NCBI GenBank assembly: GCA_029259355.1
Contig: JAPDIZ010000003.1
Location: 1,272-33,271, forward strand
DNA from: Candidatus Bathyarchaeota archaeon
GTDB taxonomy: Archaea; Thermoproteota; Bathyarchaeia; JAPDIZ01
Length of the DNA stretch: 32,000 nt
Direction: 5' to 3'
The position numbers were made by a program, and so were the translations under genes. Under the pieces are notes generated by a model that was not told the DNA's origin, ran no database searches, and saw nothing but the letters and a program-made list of their open reading frames with translations. Shown here in pieces: positions 1-8,735 of this stretch (its first letter is position 1; each line of letters begins with the position of its first letter).

Positions 1-543
1 ACACATAGGCGAAACTCGGGTGTTGATAAAGCTAACCCCCTCAACCTCCAAGAGGCGCTTCTTGAGCTCTACACCACCTGTGTAACCTCCTAGGCTGAGG
101 TCTGACCTAACTACGCGGTGGCATGGGAAGACTATTGGGTAGGGGTTTTGGGAAAGAGCTCTCGCAACAGCTCTCCAACCCCTAGCGATCCCTACTGCTT
201 CCGAAAGCGCTTTGTAGGTCGTTACGCAGCCTCGTGGGATCTTCAAGGTCTTCAGCAAAACAGATGCTGAAGTCTTTGGCAAAGCGCTTGCATCGACCAT
301 CTGAGCGAGCTCTCGTCCAACGCCACCCTCAAGCACTTCCTGCTGAAGCATGTTCAAAAATCGCTGAAGCTCACCCAAAGCCTCCCTAACCTCCTCAACA
401 CGACCTAGTCTCGAACGCGCCTGCTTCACAGCCTCTTCAGCAGTACAGGCAATGCCCACTGCCCTAATGACGCGTGACGTATCCGCAACTACGCATACAA
501 ACGCGTCTACAACGGGGATGTGCTTGACCTCGTATAGCAGCAT
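1..543 (-). CDS. ogt: Methylated-DNA--protein-cysteine methyltransferase (O6-alkylguanine-DNA alkyltransferase), 3' end truncated by window edge
   Basis: Hand translation of the minus strand; the ORF is absent from the track because it runs off the edge. ATG at 543. Translation MLLYEVKHIPVVDAF...YKALSEAVGIARGWRAVARALSQNPYPIVFPCHRVVRSDLSLGGYTGGVELKKRLLEVEGV carries the PCHRV active-site motif. No stop codon before position 1. Confidence 0.85.
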   Translation of the reverse strand, partial: MLLYEVKHIPVVDAFVCVVADTSRVIRAVGIACTAEEAVKQARSRLGRVEEVREALGELQRFLNMLQQEVLEGGVGRELAQMVDASALPKTSASVLLKTLKIPRGCVTTYKALSEAVGIARGWRAVARALSQNPYPIVFPCHRVVRSDLSLGGYTGGVELKKRLLEVEGVSFINTRVSPMC

Positions 544-552
544 AGCCCGCCC

Positions 553-1623
553 TCACTGGGGATTTTCCAAGCCCACTCCCTCACACGATATGGTCACTGG
601 CCCGCCCTCCTCTCCGTCCACCTCAAACTCGACTCCAAGCAACAGCTTGCTCAGCTCTATACAGGTGAGGGTGTGGAGAGTGAGCTCAGACACCCTGATC
701 TCCGACCGACCCTTTGCTAAGCTCATGTAGACTATTAGCTGATCCCCCATGTGCTTGTCTACAGCTGCGCCAGTCTCGAGCTGCTCAACGAGCAACTGAG
801 CAGCTTCTTCGCCCACCCGCTCAGCTGGCTTCCCTTTCTCGCCAAGAGCATCTGCTCCGAGAAGAGCTCCGTTTTCCAGCTCAGCAACCAATACTATTCC
901 ACAACCCGGGTCGGGGGAGCACTTAGGGTGATTTGGCTGAAGCACCTCCAGCTCAATCTCTGGCTCTGGGTATCCCGCGCTCTCAATGAGCTTCGAAGCT
1001 ACGCTGGCCATTCTACGCGCTATGTGGTCGGGGAGGCGGCAGCTATAGGATAACCCAAAGACCCGCTTGACGCCTCCTCCCTCGACTAGCTTTATGGGCT
1101 TAAGGCTCTTGACGGGGTTTATCCTCGCTCGAATGACGCCTCCTCCCCTCGGGTAGAACCCCCTTCTCAAAAGTGAGACGGAGGCGTTGACCCCCATGCG
1201 AGAGAGTGTGGGGAGCATGACTAGGTTGAGGTAGTCGATGGGAGGAGCCCATGGGTTGTTGGTTCCTCCCCTTATCTCGATGGTGGTGGGTTTTTGCGCG
1301 TATAGCGCTGCTGGGATGAGCGCCTGAAGTATGAGCGTTGTGCTTCCCGCGGTGCCTATGTCGAATCGAAAATCTCCTCCTCGCGGCGTGGAGGGCGTGA
1401 ACTCTATGGACATCGAGCCGACCGAAAGCCCTTCAACTTTTGCTCCAGATAAGCTCGCTACCGACTTGATCGCTGTTAGGTGCTGAGGCCTGAGCCCAGG
1501 AGGCTTTCTCTTCGCCCTTATGTTGACTACGCGTATGGGCTTCTTCGCCGCTGCTGAGATGGCGACGGACATTCTGAGTATCTGCCCACCGCCCTCAAGC
1601 ATATCTCCCGGAACCTCTATCAC
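553..1623 (-). CDS. rtcA: RNA 3'-terminal phosphate cyclase
   Basis: 356-aa ORF. N-terminal LEGGGQILRMSVAISA motif, and the length and layout are typical of RtcA. GTG start at 1623 (alternative ATG at 1602). Its stop lies 9 nt upstream of the ogt ATG. Confidence 0.9.
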   Translation of the reverse strand: MIEVPGDMLEGGGQILRMSVAISAAAKKPIRVVNIRAKRKPPGLRPQHLTAIKSVASLSGAKVEGLSVGSMSIEFTPSTPRGGDFRFDIGTAGSTTLILQALIPAALYAQKPTTIEIRGGTNNPWAPPIDYLNLVMLPTLSRMGVNASVSLLRRGFYPRGGGVIRARINPVKSLKPIKLVEGGGVKRVFGLSYSCRLPDHIARRMASVASKLIESAGYPEPEIELEVLQPNHPKCSPDPGCGIVLVAELENGALLGADALGEKGKPAERVGEEAAQLLVEQLETGAAVDKHMGDQLIVYMSLAKGRSEIRVSELTLHTLTCIELSKLLLGVEFEVDGEEGGPVTISCEGVGLENPQ

Positions 1624-2671
1624 CTCGCACCACCTCCCCTCCCTTCCTTAAGAAGGAGGCAGCAGCTTCCGCTGCTTCTTCGATGAGCTCCTCAACACCA
1701 ACCCCTTTTAAAGCTGAAACCTCCCAGAGCTTGACGTCTCCAAGCTGCTGCCTAAGGAGAGCGAGCTGCCCACCAGTGGCTATGTCTATCTTGTTCGCTG
1801 CCAACAGCATGGGAGGCTTGGGAAACATCTCCCTTATCTCCCTATAGAGCCTTACTTGGCTCTTCAGAGGATATCCACAGGTCTCGGTTGGGTCGAAGAG
1901 GAATATGATGGAGTGGGATATGTGCCTTAGCGCAGCTATTGCTTGAAGCTCGACCTTGTTCCTCTTGTGAAGAGGCCTATCCAGCAGCCCAGGGGTATCG
2001 ACTACTTGGCAGACGCCGAAGGAGGTCTTCCTATGGCCCACGGTAACCTGTTTGGTGGTGAATGGGTAAGTAGCCACCTCAGGCTTAGCAGAAGACACAC
2101 TCCTTACAAAACAAGACTTCCCCACGTTGGCGTAGCCAGCGACAATCACCGTTGGGGTATCGGGGTCTATGGAGGGTAGCTTCTTGAGCGCGTCAAAAGC
2201 GCGCTTAAGGAACTCGAGATCTGCTGAAACTTGCTCCAAAACCGAGGCTACTCTTCCGTAAAACGCTCTCCTAACGTCTCTAGCCTCGGTTACCGACTTA
2301 GCCCTCCTAACCCTCTGAAGGTACTCGCGGTGCAGCCGCCGAACCATCTGAGCTGCCCAGTTCGCTGCAGCGAGGGACTTCTTCAGCTTGCCCACATCCA
2401 CCAGTAGGTCAGCTAGCTCGGCATAGAAGGGATGGACAGCCTCTACCCTAGGAGTACCCTTGACCACTTGCTCAAGCCTATTGGCGATGGCGTCTCCCAC
2501 AGACTGGATCCGCGCAGCTTCCTTTATCCTAGCCTTAGCCTCCTTGGGTAGTTTCGCCTCCCTCGCTACGGATACCTTCGACGCTCTGCTAAAGGCCATG
2601 TCTATCAGCTCCTGTGAAAGCCACACGTGGGGGAGGTTGCTAAAGGGCTGCTTCACTGCTTTTTGCACCAA
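1595..2671 (-). CDS. NOG1-family GTP-binding protein
   Basis: 358-aa ORF with a P-loop (GYANVGKSCFV), a G2/G3 region (TYPFTTKQVTVGH...VVDTPGLLDRP) and NKID. The helical N-terminal domain is typical of archaeal NOG1 homologues. Overlaps the rtcA start by 29 nt. Confidence 0.85.
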   Translation of the reverse strand: MVQKAVKQPFSNLPHVWLSQELIDMAFSRASKVSVAREAKLPKEAKARIKEAARIQSVGDAIANRLEQVVKGTPRVEAVHPFYAELADLLVDVGKLKKSLAAANWAAQMVRRLHREYLQRVRRAKSVTEARDVRRAFYGRVASVLEQVSADLEFLKRAFDALKKLPSIDPDTPTVIVAGYANVGKSCFVRSVSSAKPEVATYPFTTKQVTVGHRKTSFGVCQVVDTPGLLDRPLHKRNKVELQAIAALRHISHSIIFLFDPTETCGYPLKSQVRLYREIREMFPKPPMLLAANKIDIATGGQLALLRQQLGDVKLWEVSALKGVGVEELIEEAAEAAASFLRKGGEVVRGDRGSGRYA

Positions 2672-2904
2672 ACTTCCTCCCCGCTTGGCTTGTGAACCAC
2701 CTTCACAACCCTGTGGAGCGGGATCACAACCTCTCCTCCCCTGATCACGAGCGCGAAGCGGGTCACTCTATCCACCTCATCGGCCGACACGCTCTTGAGG
2801 CCTACGGGGCGGTGGACGAACCAGATTTGGTAATCGCTTTTTCTCAAGCTGCGATCCCAGAGAATTCGGTTCAACGTATCGCGAAGCGTTTTCTGCACAG
2901 ACAC
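2653..2904 (-). CDS. Small DUF504/UPF0248 (MJ1316-like) domain protein
   Basis: 83-aa ORF with a GTG start. The pattern LNRILWD...Y.I.FVHR....K.V....V........F.......IPLHRVV.V matches my recollection of the archaeal UPF0248/DUF504 family. Overlaps the NOG1 start by 19 nt. Confidence 0.6.
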   Translation of the reverse strand: MSVQKTLRDTLNRILWDRSLRKSDYQIWFVHRPVGLKSVSADEVDRVTRFALVIRGGEVVIPLHRVVKVVHKPSGEEVWCKKQ

Positions 2905-2920
2905 AACCGCCTTGGGCAGC

Positions 2921-2940
2921 TATTAAACCTTTAATAAAGC
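2921..2940. promoter_or_regulatory. AT-rich TATA-like element in the 52-nt divergent spacer between the DUF504 gene and psmB
   Basis: TATTAAACCTTTAATAAAGC. The TTTAATAAA core (2930-2938) lies ~23 nt upstream of the psmB TTG and ~30 nt upstream of the DUF504 GTG. This fits (near-)leaderless divergent transcription. Confidence 0.4.
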
Positions 2941-2956
2941 GGGTGGTTGAAAAGAG

Positions 2957-3589
2957 TTGAGCTGGAGGTTAAACGAGTTGGCTCAGAGGATGGCTTGGTA
3001 CCTCCCCGGAGCTACTACGCTGGGTGTGGTGTGCAAGGACGGAGTTGTGTTGGCATCTGAGAAGAGGGCTTCCTACGGCTATTTAGTCCTTAGCAAAGCG
3101 GCGAAGAAGGTGTTTTTGATCACCAAGAATATTGGCGCTGCATGCGCTGGCCTAATCGGGGATATGCAGGTGTTGGTGCGGGAAGTATCTGCGTACGCTA
3201 ACCTGTTTGAGCTTGAGCATGGACGCCCCATGGGGGTTAGAGCCGCTGCTAAGCTGATGTCAAACCTTCTCTTCAATCGAAGGCTGTTTCCGTTCATCAC
3301 GCAGACGATCGTGGGAGGAGTTGACGACGAGGGACCCAGCATATACACGCTCGACCCCCTCGGCTCAGTAATCGCTGACAAGTTCGCCGCGGTTGGGTCG
3401 GGTGCAGAGATAGCCATCGGAGTCTTAGAGGATCTCTACCACGACGATATGTCCACCTCTGAGGGGAGGGAAATGGTGCTGAGAGCGATGAAGTCAGCTA
3501 TGTCGAGAGACGCAGCCAGCGGAGACGGAGTAGACCTACTGGTCATCACGGGGGAGGAGGGTAAGGAGGAGACCATTCTATTCAAGTAG
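2957..3589 (+). CDS. psmB: Proteasome subunit beta
   Basis: Short propeptide followed by the catalytic Thr context GATTLGVVCKDGVVLASEKRAS. Length and sequence are typical of the archaeal 20S beta subunit. TTG at 2957 as in the track; ATG at 2990 (MAWYLPGA|TT) is an equally plausible start. Confidence 0.9.
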   Translation: MSWRLNELAQRMAWYLPGATTLGVVCKDGVVLASEKRASYGYLVLSKAAKKVFLITKNIGAACAGLIGDMQVLVREVSAYANLFELEHGRPMGVRAAAKLMSNLLFNRRLFPFITQTIVGGVDDEGPSIYTLDPLGSVIADKFAAVGSGAEIAIGVLEDLYHDDMSTSEGREMVLRAMKSAMSRDAASGDGVDLLVITGEEGKEETILFK

Positions 3590-4603
3590 ATGAGGCGCCT
3601 TCTTTTACCAATAGGTGGAGGAGGGATGCTAGAGGCTGCTGAGCAACTTTTGCCCAACGAGCTCCTAAGCGTGTTGAGGAAGCAGAAGTACCACATAGTG
3701 GGTAGACATTCAGCGGTTAAGAAGTGCAACTGGCTCCACCAAGCGCTCGTAAACAAGAGGTTTTGCTACAAGCAGAAGTTCTTCGGCATAAGCAGCCACC
3801 GCTGTATCCAGATGACGCCCACTGTCGGGCACTGCACCATGATGTGCAGGTTCTGCTGGAGAGTTCAGCCAGAGGATCTGGGAATTTCTTGGAACCAGAC
3901 TCAACTTCCCTCTTGGGATGACCCCGAGCTGATAGCGGAGGAGTGCATTGTCGAGCAGAGAAGGATCTTGACTGGGTACAAGGTGCACAAGTCGGTTGAC
4001 CCAAAGATGTATCAGGAAGCCATAAACCCAAAGCATGTTGCGATAAGCTTAGCTGGAGAGCCCACGCTATACCCAAGGCTCGACGAACTCGTCGAGGTGT
4101 TTAAGAAGAAGGGGATGACGGTCTTCATAGTGACTAACGGAACCAACCCAGACGTTTTGGCAAACCTATCGAACGAGCCCACCCAGCTCTACGTCTCGAT
4201 CTACGGTCCCGACGAGGAGACCTACAAGAGGCTCTGCCGCCCGCTTATCAGCGATGCTTGGAAGCGCGTCAACGAAACTCTCGAGCTCCTAAACTCGTTC
4301 TCGTGTCCAACGGTGTTTAGGATCACCTTGGTGAAGGGCTACAACATGGAGAGACCAGATGCTTACGCACCGCTCATTGAGAAGAGCAACCCAACGTATG
4401 TCGAGCCAAAGGCGTACATGTTCGTGGGCTTTTCTAGGAAGAGGCTTGAGTACCACAACATGCCCACTCACGAAGACGTGAGAGCTTTTGCTGCTAAGGT
4501 AGCTGAGGAAACGGGATACAAGGTGCTGGATGAGGCTAGGGCAAGCCGAGTAGTTCTGCTCAGTAAACTCGAAAAGCCCATCAGGTTTGACGGAAAAAGC
4601 TAG
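3590..4603 (+). CDS. taw1: tRNA 4-demethylwyosine synthase (radical SAM, TYW1/Taw1)
   Basis: The region YHIVGRHSAVKKCNWLHQAL...CYKQKFFGISSHRCIQMTP...GHCTMMCRFCWR has the Cys clusters and radical-SAM CxxxCxxC-like motif characteristic of Taw1. The ATG directly abuts the psmB stop. Confidence 0.9.
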   Translation: MRRLLLPIGGGGMLEAAEQLLPNELLSVLRKQKYHIVGRHSAVKKCNWLHQALVNKRFCYKQKFFGISSHRCIQMTPTVGHCTMMCRFCWRVQPEDLGISWNQTQLPSWDDPELIAEECIVEQRRILTGYKVHKSVDPKMYQEAINPKHVAISLAGEPTLYPRLDELVEVFKKKGMTVFIVTNGTNPDVLANLSNEPTQLYVSIYGPDEETYKRLCRPLISDAWKRVNETLELLNSFSCPTVFRITLVKGYNMERPDAYAPLIEKSNPTYVEPKAYMFVGFSRKRLEYHNMPTHEDVRAFAAKVAEETGYKVLDEARASRVVLLSKLEKPIRFDGKS

Positions 4604-4622
4604 CGCTGTGGTAGCTTTGCCT

Positions 4623-5258
4623 ATGAAGAAGTCGATAAACCAGATCCTGAAAGAGCTTAGGAAGAAGGACAGCGCCAGAGAATCCATGCTCAAGTGGTCT
4701 AGAGAAGCTGTCAGGCTATCCAGCCAAGCGATCGCGCTCATCCACAGGAGGAAGTTCTCAGAAGCAAGGAAGAAGCTGGAGAGGGTTAGGAAGTATCTGA
4801 ATAGAGCGGAGGAGGCTGTGAGAGATTGGCCAGAGCTGCTAAACAGCGGATCGCTCATCACCGCCTACCAAGAATACGTTGAAGCCCAAGCCCTACACTC
4901 GACGCTGCTTAACCAGCCCATCCCAGGAGTTGAGGAGCTCAGCGTCCCCCCAGCAGCGTATCTGCTAGGCTTAGCAGACTTCATCGGAGAGCTTAGGAGA
5001 GAAGTGTTGGAGCACATAAAGAATGGTGAGCTTTCTGAGGCTCAGAAGCTGCTGAGGCTTATGGAGGAGGTGTACACCGAGCTGATAAAGGTAGACGTCT
5101 CGGACGCGCTAGCGCCTGGGCTTAGGCGAAAGTGCGACGTAGCTAGGAAGCTCATCGAGACTACAGCTGGAGACGTTGCGCTAGAGGTTAGGAGGCAGAA
5201 CCTCGAAAACGCGATACGCAACTTGGAGCTTAGCTTGGGAGGAGCAAAGGAGGCTTAG
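4623..5258 (+). CDS. Translin-family protein
   Basis: All-helical ~210-aa protein with the ITAYQEYVEAQAL...YLLGLADFIGELRR signature of translin/TRAX-like proteins. I prefer ATG at 4623; the track's upstream TTG at 4587 overlaps the taw1 end. Confidence 0.7.
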   Translation: MKKSINQILKELRKKDSARESMLKWSREAVRLSSQAIALIHRRKFSEARKKLERVRKYLNRAEEAVRDWPELLNSGSLITAYQEYVEAQALHSTLLNQPIPGVEELSVPPAAYLLGLADFIGELRREVLEHIKNGELSEAQKLLRLMEEVYTELIKVDVSDALAPGLRRKCDVARKLIETTAGDVALEVRRQNLENAIRNLELSLGGAKEA

Positions 5259-5261
5259 GCG

Positions 5262-6851
5262 TTGCCGCCATTCGACGTATCGAAGATACTTAAACAAAGC
5301 GAGGAGGACTATGAGCGTGCGTGGGTGGAGACCGCTAAGCTGGTTAGGGCGAAGAGGAGAGCTATCGAGTGGAGAAAGGAGGCTGGGCAGCCCCACCCAA
5401 TAGTCGAGCTGATTCTTCGAATAAGGTCTATCCTGCTCTCCTACGGGTTTAGGGAACTAATTAACCCAACCATAGTTGATGAGTCGGAGGTCTATAAGCA
5501 GTATGGGCCCGAAGCCCCCGTAATACTCGACAGATGCTACTACCTAGCCACTCTCCCCCGCCCGGACCTAGGCATAGAGAGGGAGAAGGTTCAGCAAATA
5601 AAGCGCATAGCCCCCTCGGTAGACGATGAGAAGCTGGAGGCGTTGAAGAGCATATTTCGAGAGTTTAAGGAGGGAGAGGTTTCTGGAGAAGACTTAGTGG
5701 AGGAGATTGTTCAGAGGATCGGCTTGAGAGAGGAGCAGGCTACAGCGATACTTTCACTCTTCCCCGAGCTGAGGGAGCTGAAACCTGTTCCCACCACGCT
5801 CACTCTGAGAAGCCACATGACCTCCCTATGGTTTCCAGTGCTTTCGAGAGTCCAAGACATATACCCAAAGCCCATCAAGCTGTTTTCCATAGGGATAAAG
5901 TACCGCAGAGAGCAGAGGCTAGATCCACTCCACTTATACGAATCCCACGTCGCCTCCTTGGTGGTGCTAAACGACGAGGTTACGCTCGAGGATGGAGAGG
6001 AGCTAGTTAAGCAGATACTCCAAGAGCTTGGCTTCAAAGACGTTAGGTTTGTGACTAAGCCAGCTACGAGCAAGTACTACGCTCCGGGGATGGAGGTAGA
6101 GGTCTTCGTAGAGCATAGGGGAGAGTGGGTGGAGGTTGGAGACATCGGGCTCTACTCCCCCGTTTCGCTCGCAAAGTATGGGATAAGGTATCCAGTGTTT
6201 AACGCAGGCTTTGGTATTGAACGAATCGCGATGATCCTCTACGGATACAACGACATCAGGGTTTTGGCCTATCCCCAACTCTACGAGGAGCTAGAGCTCT
6301 CTGACGAGCAGATAGCTTCGTCCATCGAGCTAGCTGAGCAGCCAACAACTGAGGAGGGGAGGGCGCTGATGCGTGTACTGGTAGAGGCTGCTGAGAGACA
6401 CAAAGACCAAGCTGGGCCCTGCGAGGTTCTAGCATACTCTGGGAGCCTCTTAGGGAAAAACGCGCAGGTGTTTCTCTACGAGGATGAGAAGGGGGTTAAG
6501 CTCCTAGGCCCTGCCGCGCTGAACAGGATATACGTTCTCGACGGAAACCTCGTGGGAGTTCCAGAGGAGGGCATGGAGGATAAGCCCGCTATAGTGGAGG
6601 TTAGAGCGCGTGGAGTTGCCTCTAGGTATAGGTATATAGATGGGATAGCCGCTCTTGTCGCGAAAAGAGTTGAAGAAGCTGCTAGGGGAAGAGCTCCTCC
6701 TAGCCTATCGATTAAGGTGAAGATGGTCAGGTCTCTACCAGACGTAAACCTTAGGGTGCCAGAGCACGTGCAGAGGTACATCACAAGCCGCCACAAGAAA
6801 ATCGATGTCAGAGGCCCAGTTTTCGTAGGAGTAAAAGCTAGAGTGGAGTAG
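5262..6851 (+). CDS. sepS: O-phosphoserine--tRNA(Cys) ligase (SepRS)
   Basis: 529 aa. Collinear from the first residues with methanogen SepRS as I remember it. Matching blocks: FDVSKILKQSEEDYERAW, PHPIVELI, INPTIVDESEVYKQYGPEAPVILDRCYYLATLPRPD, TTLTLRSHMTS, FSIGIKYRREQR, YYAPGMEVEVF...EWVEVGDIGLYSPVSLAKYGIRYPVFNAGFGIERIAMILYGYNDIRVLAYPQLY. TTG start at 5262, 3 nt after the translin stop. Confidence 0.92.
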   Translation: MPPFDVSKILKQSEEDYERAWVETAKLVRAKRRAIEWRKEAGQPHPIVELILRIRSILLSYGFRELINPTIVDESEVYKQYGPEAPVILDRCYYLATLPRPDLGIEREKVQQIKRIAPSVDDEKLEALKSIFREFKEGEVSGEDLVEEIVQRIGLREEQATAILSLFPELRELKPVPTTLTLRSHMTSLWFPVLSRVQDIYPKPIKLFSIGIKYRREQRLDPLHLYESHVASLVVLNDEVTLEDGEELVKQILQELGFKDVRFVTKPATSKYYAPGMEVEVFVEHRGEWVEVGDIGLYSPVSLAKYGIRYPVFNAGFGIERIAMILYGYNDIRVLAYPQLYEELELSDEQIASSIELAEQPTTEEGRALMRVLVEAAERHKDQAGPCEVLAYSGSLLGKNAQVFLYEDEKGVKLLGPAALNRIYVLDGNLVGVPEEGMEDKPAIVEVRARGVASRYRYIDGIAALVAKRVEEAARGRAPPSLSIKVKMVRSLPDVNLRVPEHVQRYITSRHKKIDVRGPVFVGVKARVE

Positions 6852-6857
6852 TGCCTG

Positions 6858-7538
6858 TTGAGCTTATTCTATCCCTCGGAGTCTCTTCAGCACAAGCTCC
6901 ACAATACCTTGAGGAAGCTTTCGAAGAAGGTTTTGGTCGCTGACACGCTACCAAACGAGGTGAGGTTGGTAGCTGGGCTAGATGTAGCGTATAGGGGGGA
7001 TGTGGGCTTCGGCGCTTTGGCTGTATATGATGTTAGAAAAAGAGCTTTTGTAGAGGTCTTAGTTGAGCCGACGATCGTCAGAATACCATACATACCTTCG
7101 CTTCTATCATTTAGAGAAGCCCCACCTATGCTGAAGGTTCTTAGCAAGGCTCAGGTAGCCGCGGACGTGTACCTCGTAAATGGGTTGGGAGCGCTACACC
7201 CCGATGGTTGTGGATTAGCTAGCTATATTGGAGTAGTCACGAATGTGCCGACGATAGGCGTCACGAAAGGCTTGCTTCGGGGGAACTACACTTTCTCTAG
7301 GCGAGGAGGTTACGAATTCATAGCGAATGAAAGAGGAGTGGTTCTGGGAGCTCGAATTAGGCTAAACAAGAGAAGCTTGTACGTGACGGTTGGGCATATG
7401 GTTTCTGCTGAAAGAGCGGTTGAGGTTGTTCACCCTCTACTGGGTAAGAGTTATCTCCCCATCCCGCTGCTTAAGGCTCACGAAGAAGCTACCAAGGCAG
7501 CGAGGGGTTCTTCTTGGGTTCGCCAAAGCCAGCTCTGA
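6858..7538 (+). CDS. nfi: Endonuclease V
   Basis: VAGLDVAY...YIPSLLSFREAPPMLKVL...VYLVNGLGALHPDGCGLASYIGVV...PTIGVTK matches the Endonuclease V catalytic motifs (DVAY, FRE, HP). Confidence 0.85.
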   Translation: MSLFYPSESLQHKLHNTLRKLSKKVLVADTLPNEVRLVAGLDVAYRGDVGFGALAVYDVRKRAFVEVLVEPTIVRIPYIPSLLSFREAPPMLKVLSKAQVAADVYLVNGLGALHPDGCGLASYIGVVTNVPTIGVTKGLLRGNYTFSRRGGYEFIANERGVVLGARIRLNKRSLYVTVGHMVSAERAVEVVHPLLGKSYLPIPLLKAHEEATKAARGSSWVRQSQL

Positions 7539-8236
7539 GCGGCAAGCTGAGAAAGCTGTTTTTCACCCTCTACAAGCTCGCGGAGAGAGGAGCCGTAAGC
7601 AACGCAATCCACGTATCCACTACAGAGCTCGCCTCCGACTTGGGTCTGTCTCAGCAGACGGCGTCCAGACACCTGATAGAGCTTGAGAAAGCTGGCTTAA
7701 TAGAGAGGCTAGTTTCGCCGCGGGGAGAGCGCATCAAGATATCTCCAAAGGGGGTTTCGGAGCTTAGGGCTGTGTACCTAGGGCTTAAATCAGTGCTCGA
7801 GCAACCCCCGGCAACGCTTTCATTGGAGGGGAGAGTCTTCTCGGGATTTGGCGAAGGCAGATACTACATTAGCCTAGAGGGCTACAGGAGGCAGTTCGTC
7901 GAGAAGCTCGGCTTCGACCCCTTTCCCGGTACGCTAAACATCAGGCTAGAATCTAGTCTAGACATCAGAGCTCGCAGAGAGCTAGAGTCCATGAGAGGCA
8001 TTCTCATAGAGGGGTTCAGCAACGAAAAGCGAACATATGGGGGAGCAAAGTGCTTCCGCGCGATCATCAACGGAGAGGTAGAGGGGGCTGTAGTGTTGAT
8101 CGAGAGAACGCACTACGACGAGAGTTGCCTGGAGATCATATCCCCATACAACCTGAGGGAGAGGCTAGGGCTTAGAGATGGCAACTTAGTGCGAGTCGAG
8201 GTAGATATTAGCAGAGAGACCGCGGTGTCTGATTAG
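7514..8236 (+). CDS. ribK: Bifunctional winged-helix regulator / CTP-dependent riboflavin kinase (RbkR-type)
   Basis: The N-terminal part has HTH-like sequence (ISTTELASDLGLSQQTASRHLIELEKAGLIER). The C-terminal part carries the archaeal riboflavin kinase core (GRVFSGFGEGRYYISLEGYRRQFVEKLGFDPFPGTLNIRL...). TTG start overlaps the nfi end by 25 nt. Confidence 0.85.
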   Translation: MGSPKPALSGKLRKLFFTLYKLAERGAVSNAIHVSTTELASDLGLSQQTASRHLIELEKAGLIERLVSPRGERIKISPKGVSELRAVYLGLKSVLEQPPATLSLEGRVFSGFGEGRYYISLEGYRRQFVEKLGFDPFPGTLNIRLESSLDIRARRELESMRGILIEGFSNEKRTYGGAKCFRAIINGEVEGAVVLIERTHYDESCLEIISPYNLRERLGLRDGNLVRVEVDISRETAVSD

Positions 8237-8679
8237 AGGGGTTCGCTTTCGAGAAGCTTTCTCGCAATCTTGGAGGAGCTGTTGAGCTCCTCAGGCCCGT
8301 ACCTACCCAAGCGAACGATTTCTATGCTTAAGCCCCTTTTCTTAGCAGCTTCCCTAACAGCTTTCTCCAAGTGATCCTGGTCGTATCCTAAAGCGACTAC
8401 GTCGGGCTTCAAATCCTCCAAAATTCCCTCAATATTCATGTCCTCATACCCCAGCACCGCTTGGTCAACGGGTTTAAGCGATTCCACCAAAGCTTTCCTA
8501 AGTTCCTCTGGAAAAATCGGCTTCCTACCCTTTAGCTTGAGCACTGTGGAGTCTCTAGCAACCACCACGATCAGCTCAGCATCCTCTCCACCAGCTTTCT
8601 TCGCTTCCTCCAGAAACCTCAGGTGGCCATAGTGGAGTATGTCGAAGACGCCTGCGGCAAGCACTCTTCGTCTACTCAT
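8233..8679 (-). CDS. ribL: FAD synthetase (FMN adenylyltransferase, RibL; cytidylyltransferase fold)
   Basis: VLAAGVFDILHYGHLRFLEEAKKAG...LIVVVARDSTV matches the archaeal RibL N-terminus. I place the start at the internal ATG (MSRRRVLAAG) rather than the track's 8745, by analogy with known RibL N-termini. Confidence 0.85.
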   Translation of the reverse strand: MSRRRVLAAGVFDILHYGHLRFLEEAKKAGGEDAELIVVVARDSTVLKLKGRKPIFPEELRKALVESLKPVDQAVLGYEDMNIEGILEDLKPDVVALGYDQDHLEKAVREAAKKRGLSIEIVRLGRYGPEELNSSSKIARKLLESEPL

Positions 8680-8715
8680 GGCAAAACACCGCTTGCGAAA
8701 GCTACCTCCCCCAGC

Positions 8716-8729
8716 ACGTATATAAACGT
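8716..8729 (-). promoter_or_regulatory. TATA-like near-palindrome upstream of ribL
   Basis: ACGTATATAAACGT sits in the 56-nt gap between the DUF357 stop and the ribL ATG, ~43 nt upstream of the ATG. It has two ACGT half-sites flanking a TATA core. Confidence 0.35.
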
Positions 8730-8735
8730 AGGCGA

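Noticed and set aside
452-730. 92-aa plus-strand ORF
   Set aside because: It overlaps the ogt start and the rtcA 3' end on the opposite strand. The Ser/Thr/Pro-rich translation has no homology.
4289-4861. 190-aa minus-strand ORF spanning the taw1/translin junction
   Set aside because: It lies antisense to two genes with clear homology. The composition is Ser/Leu/Phe-rich low complexity.
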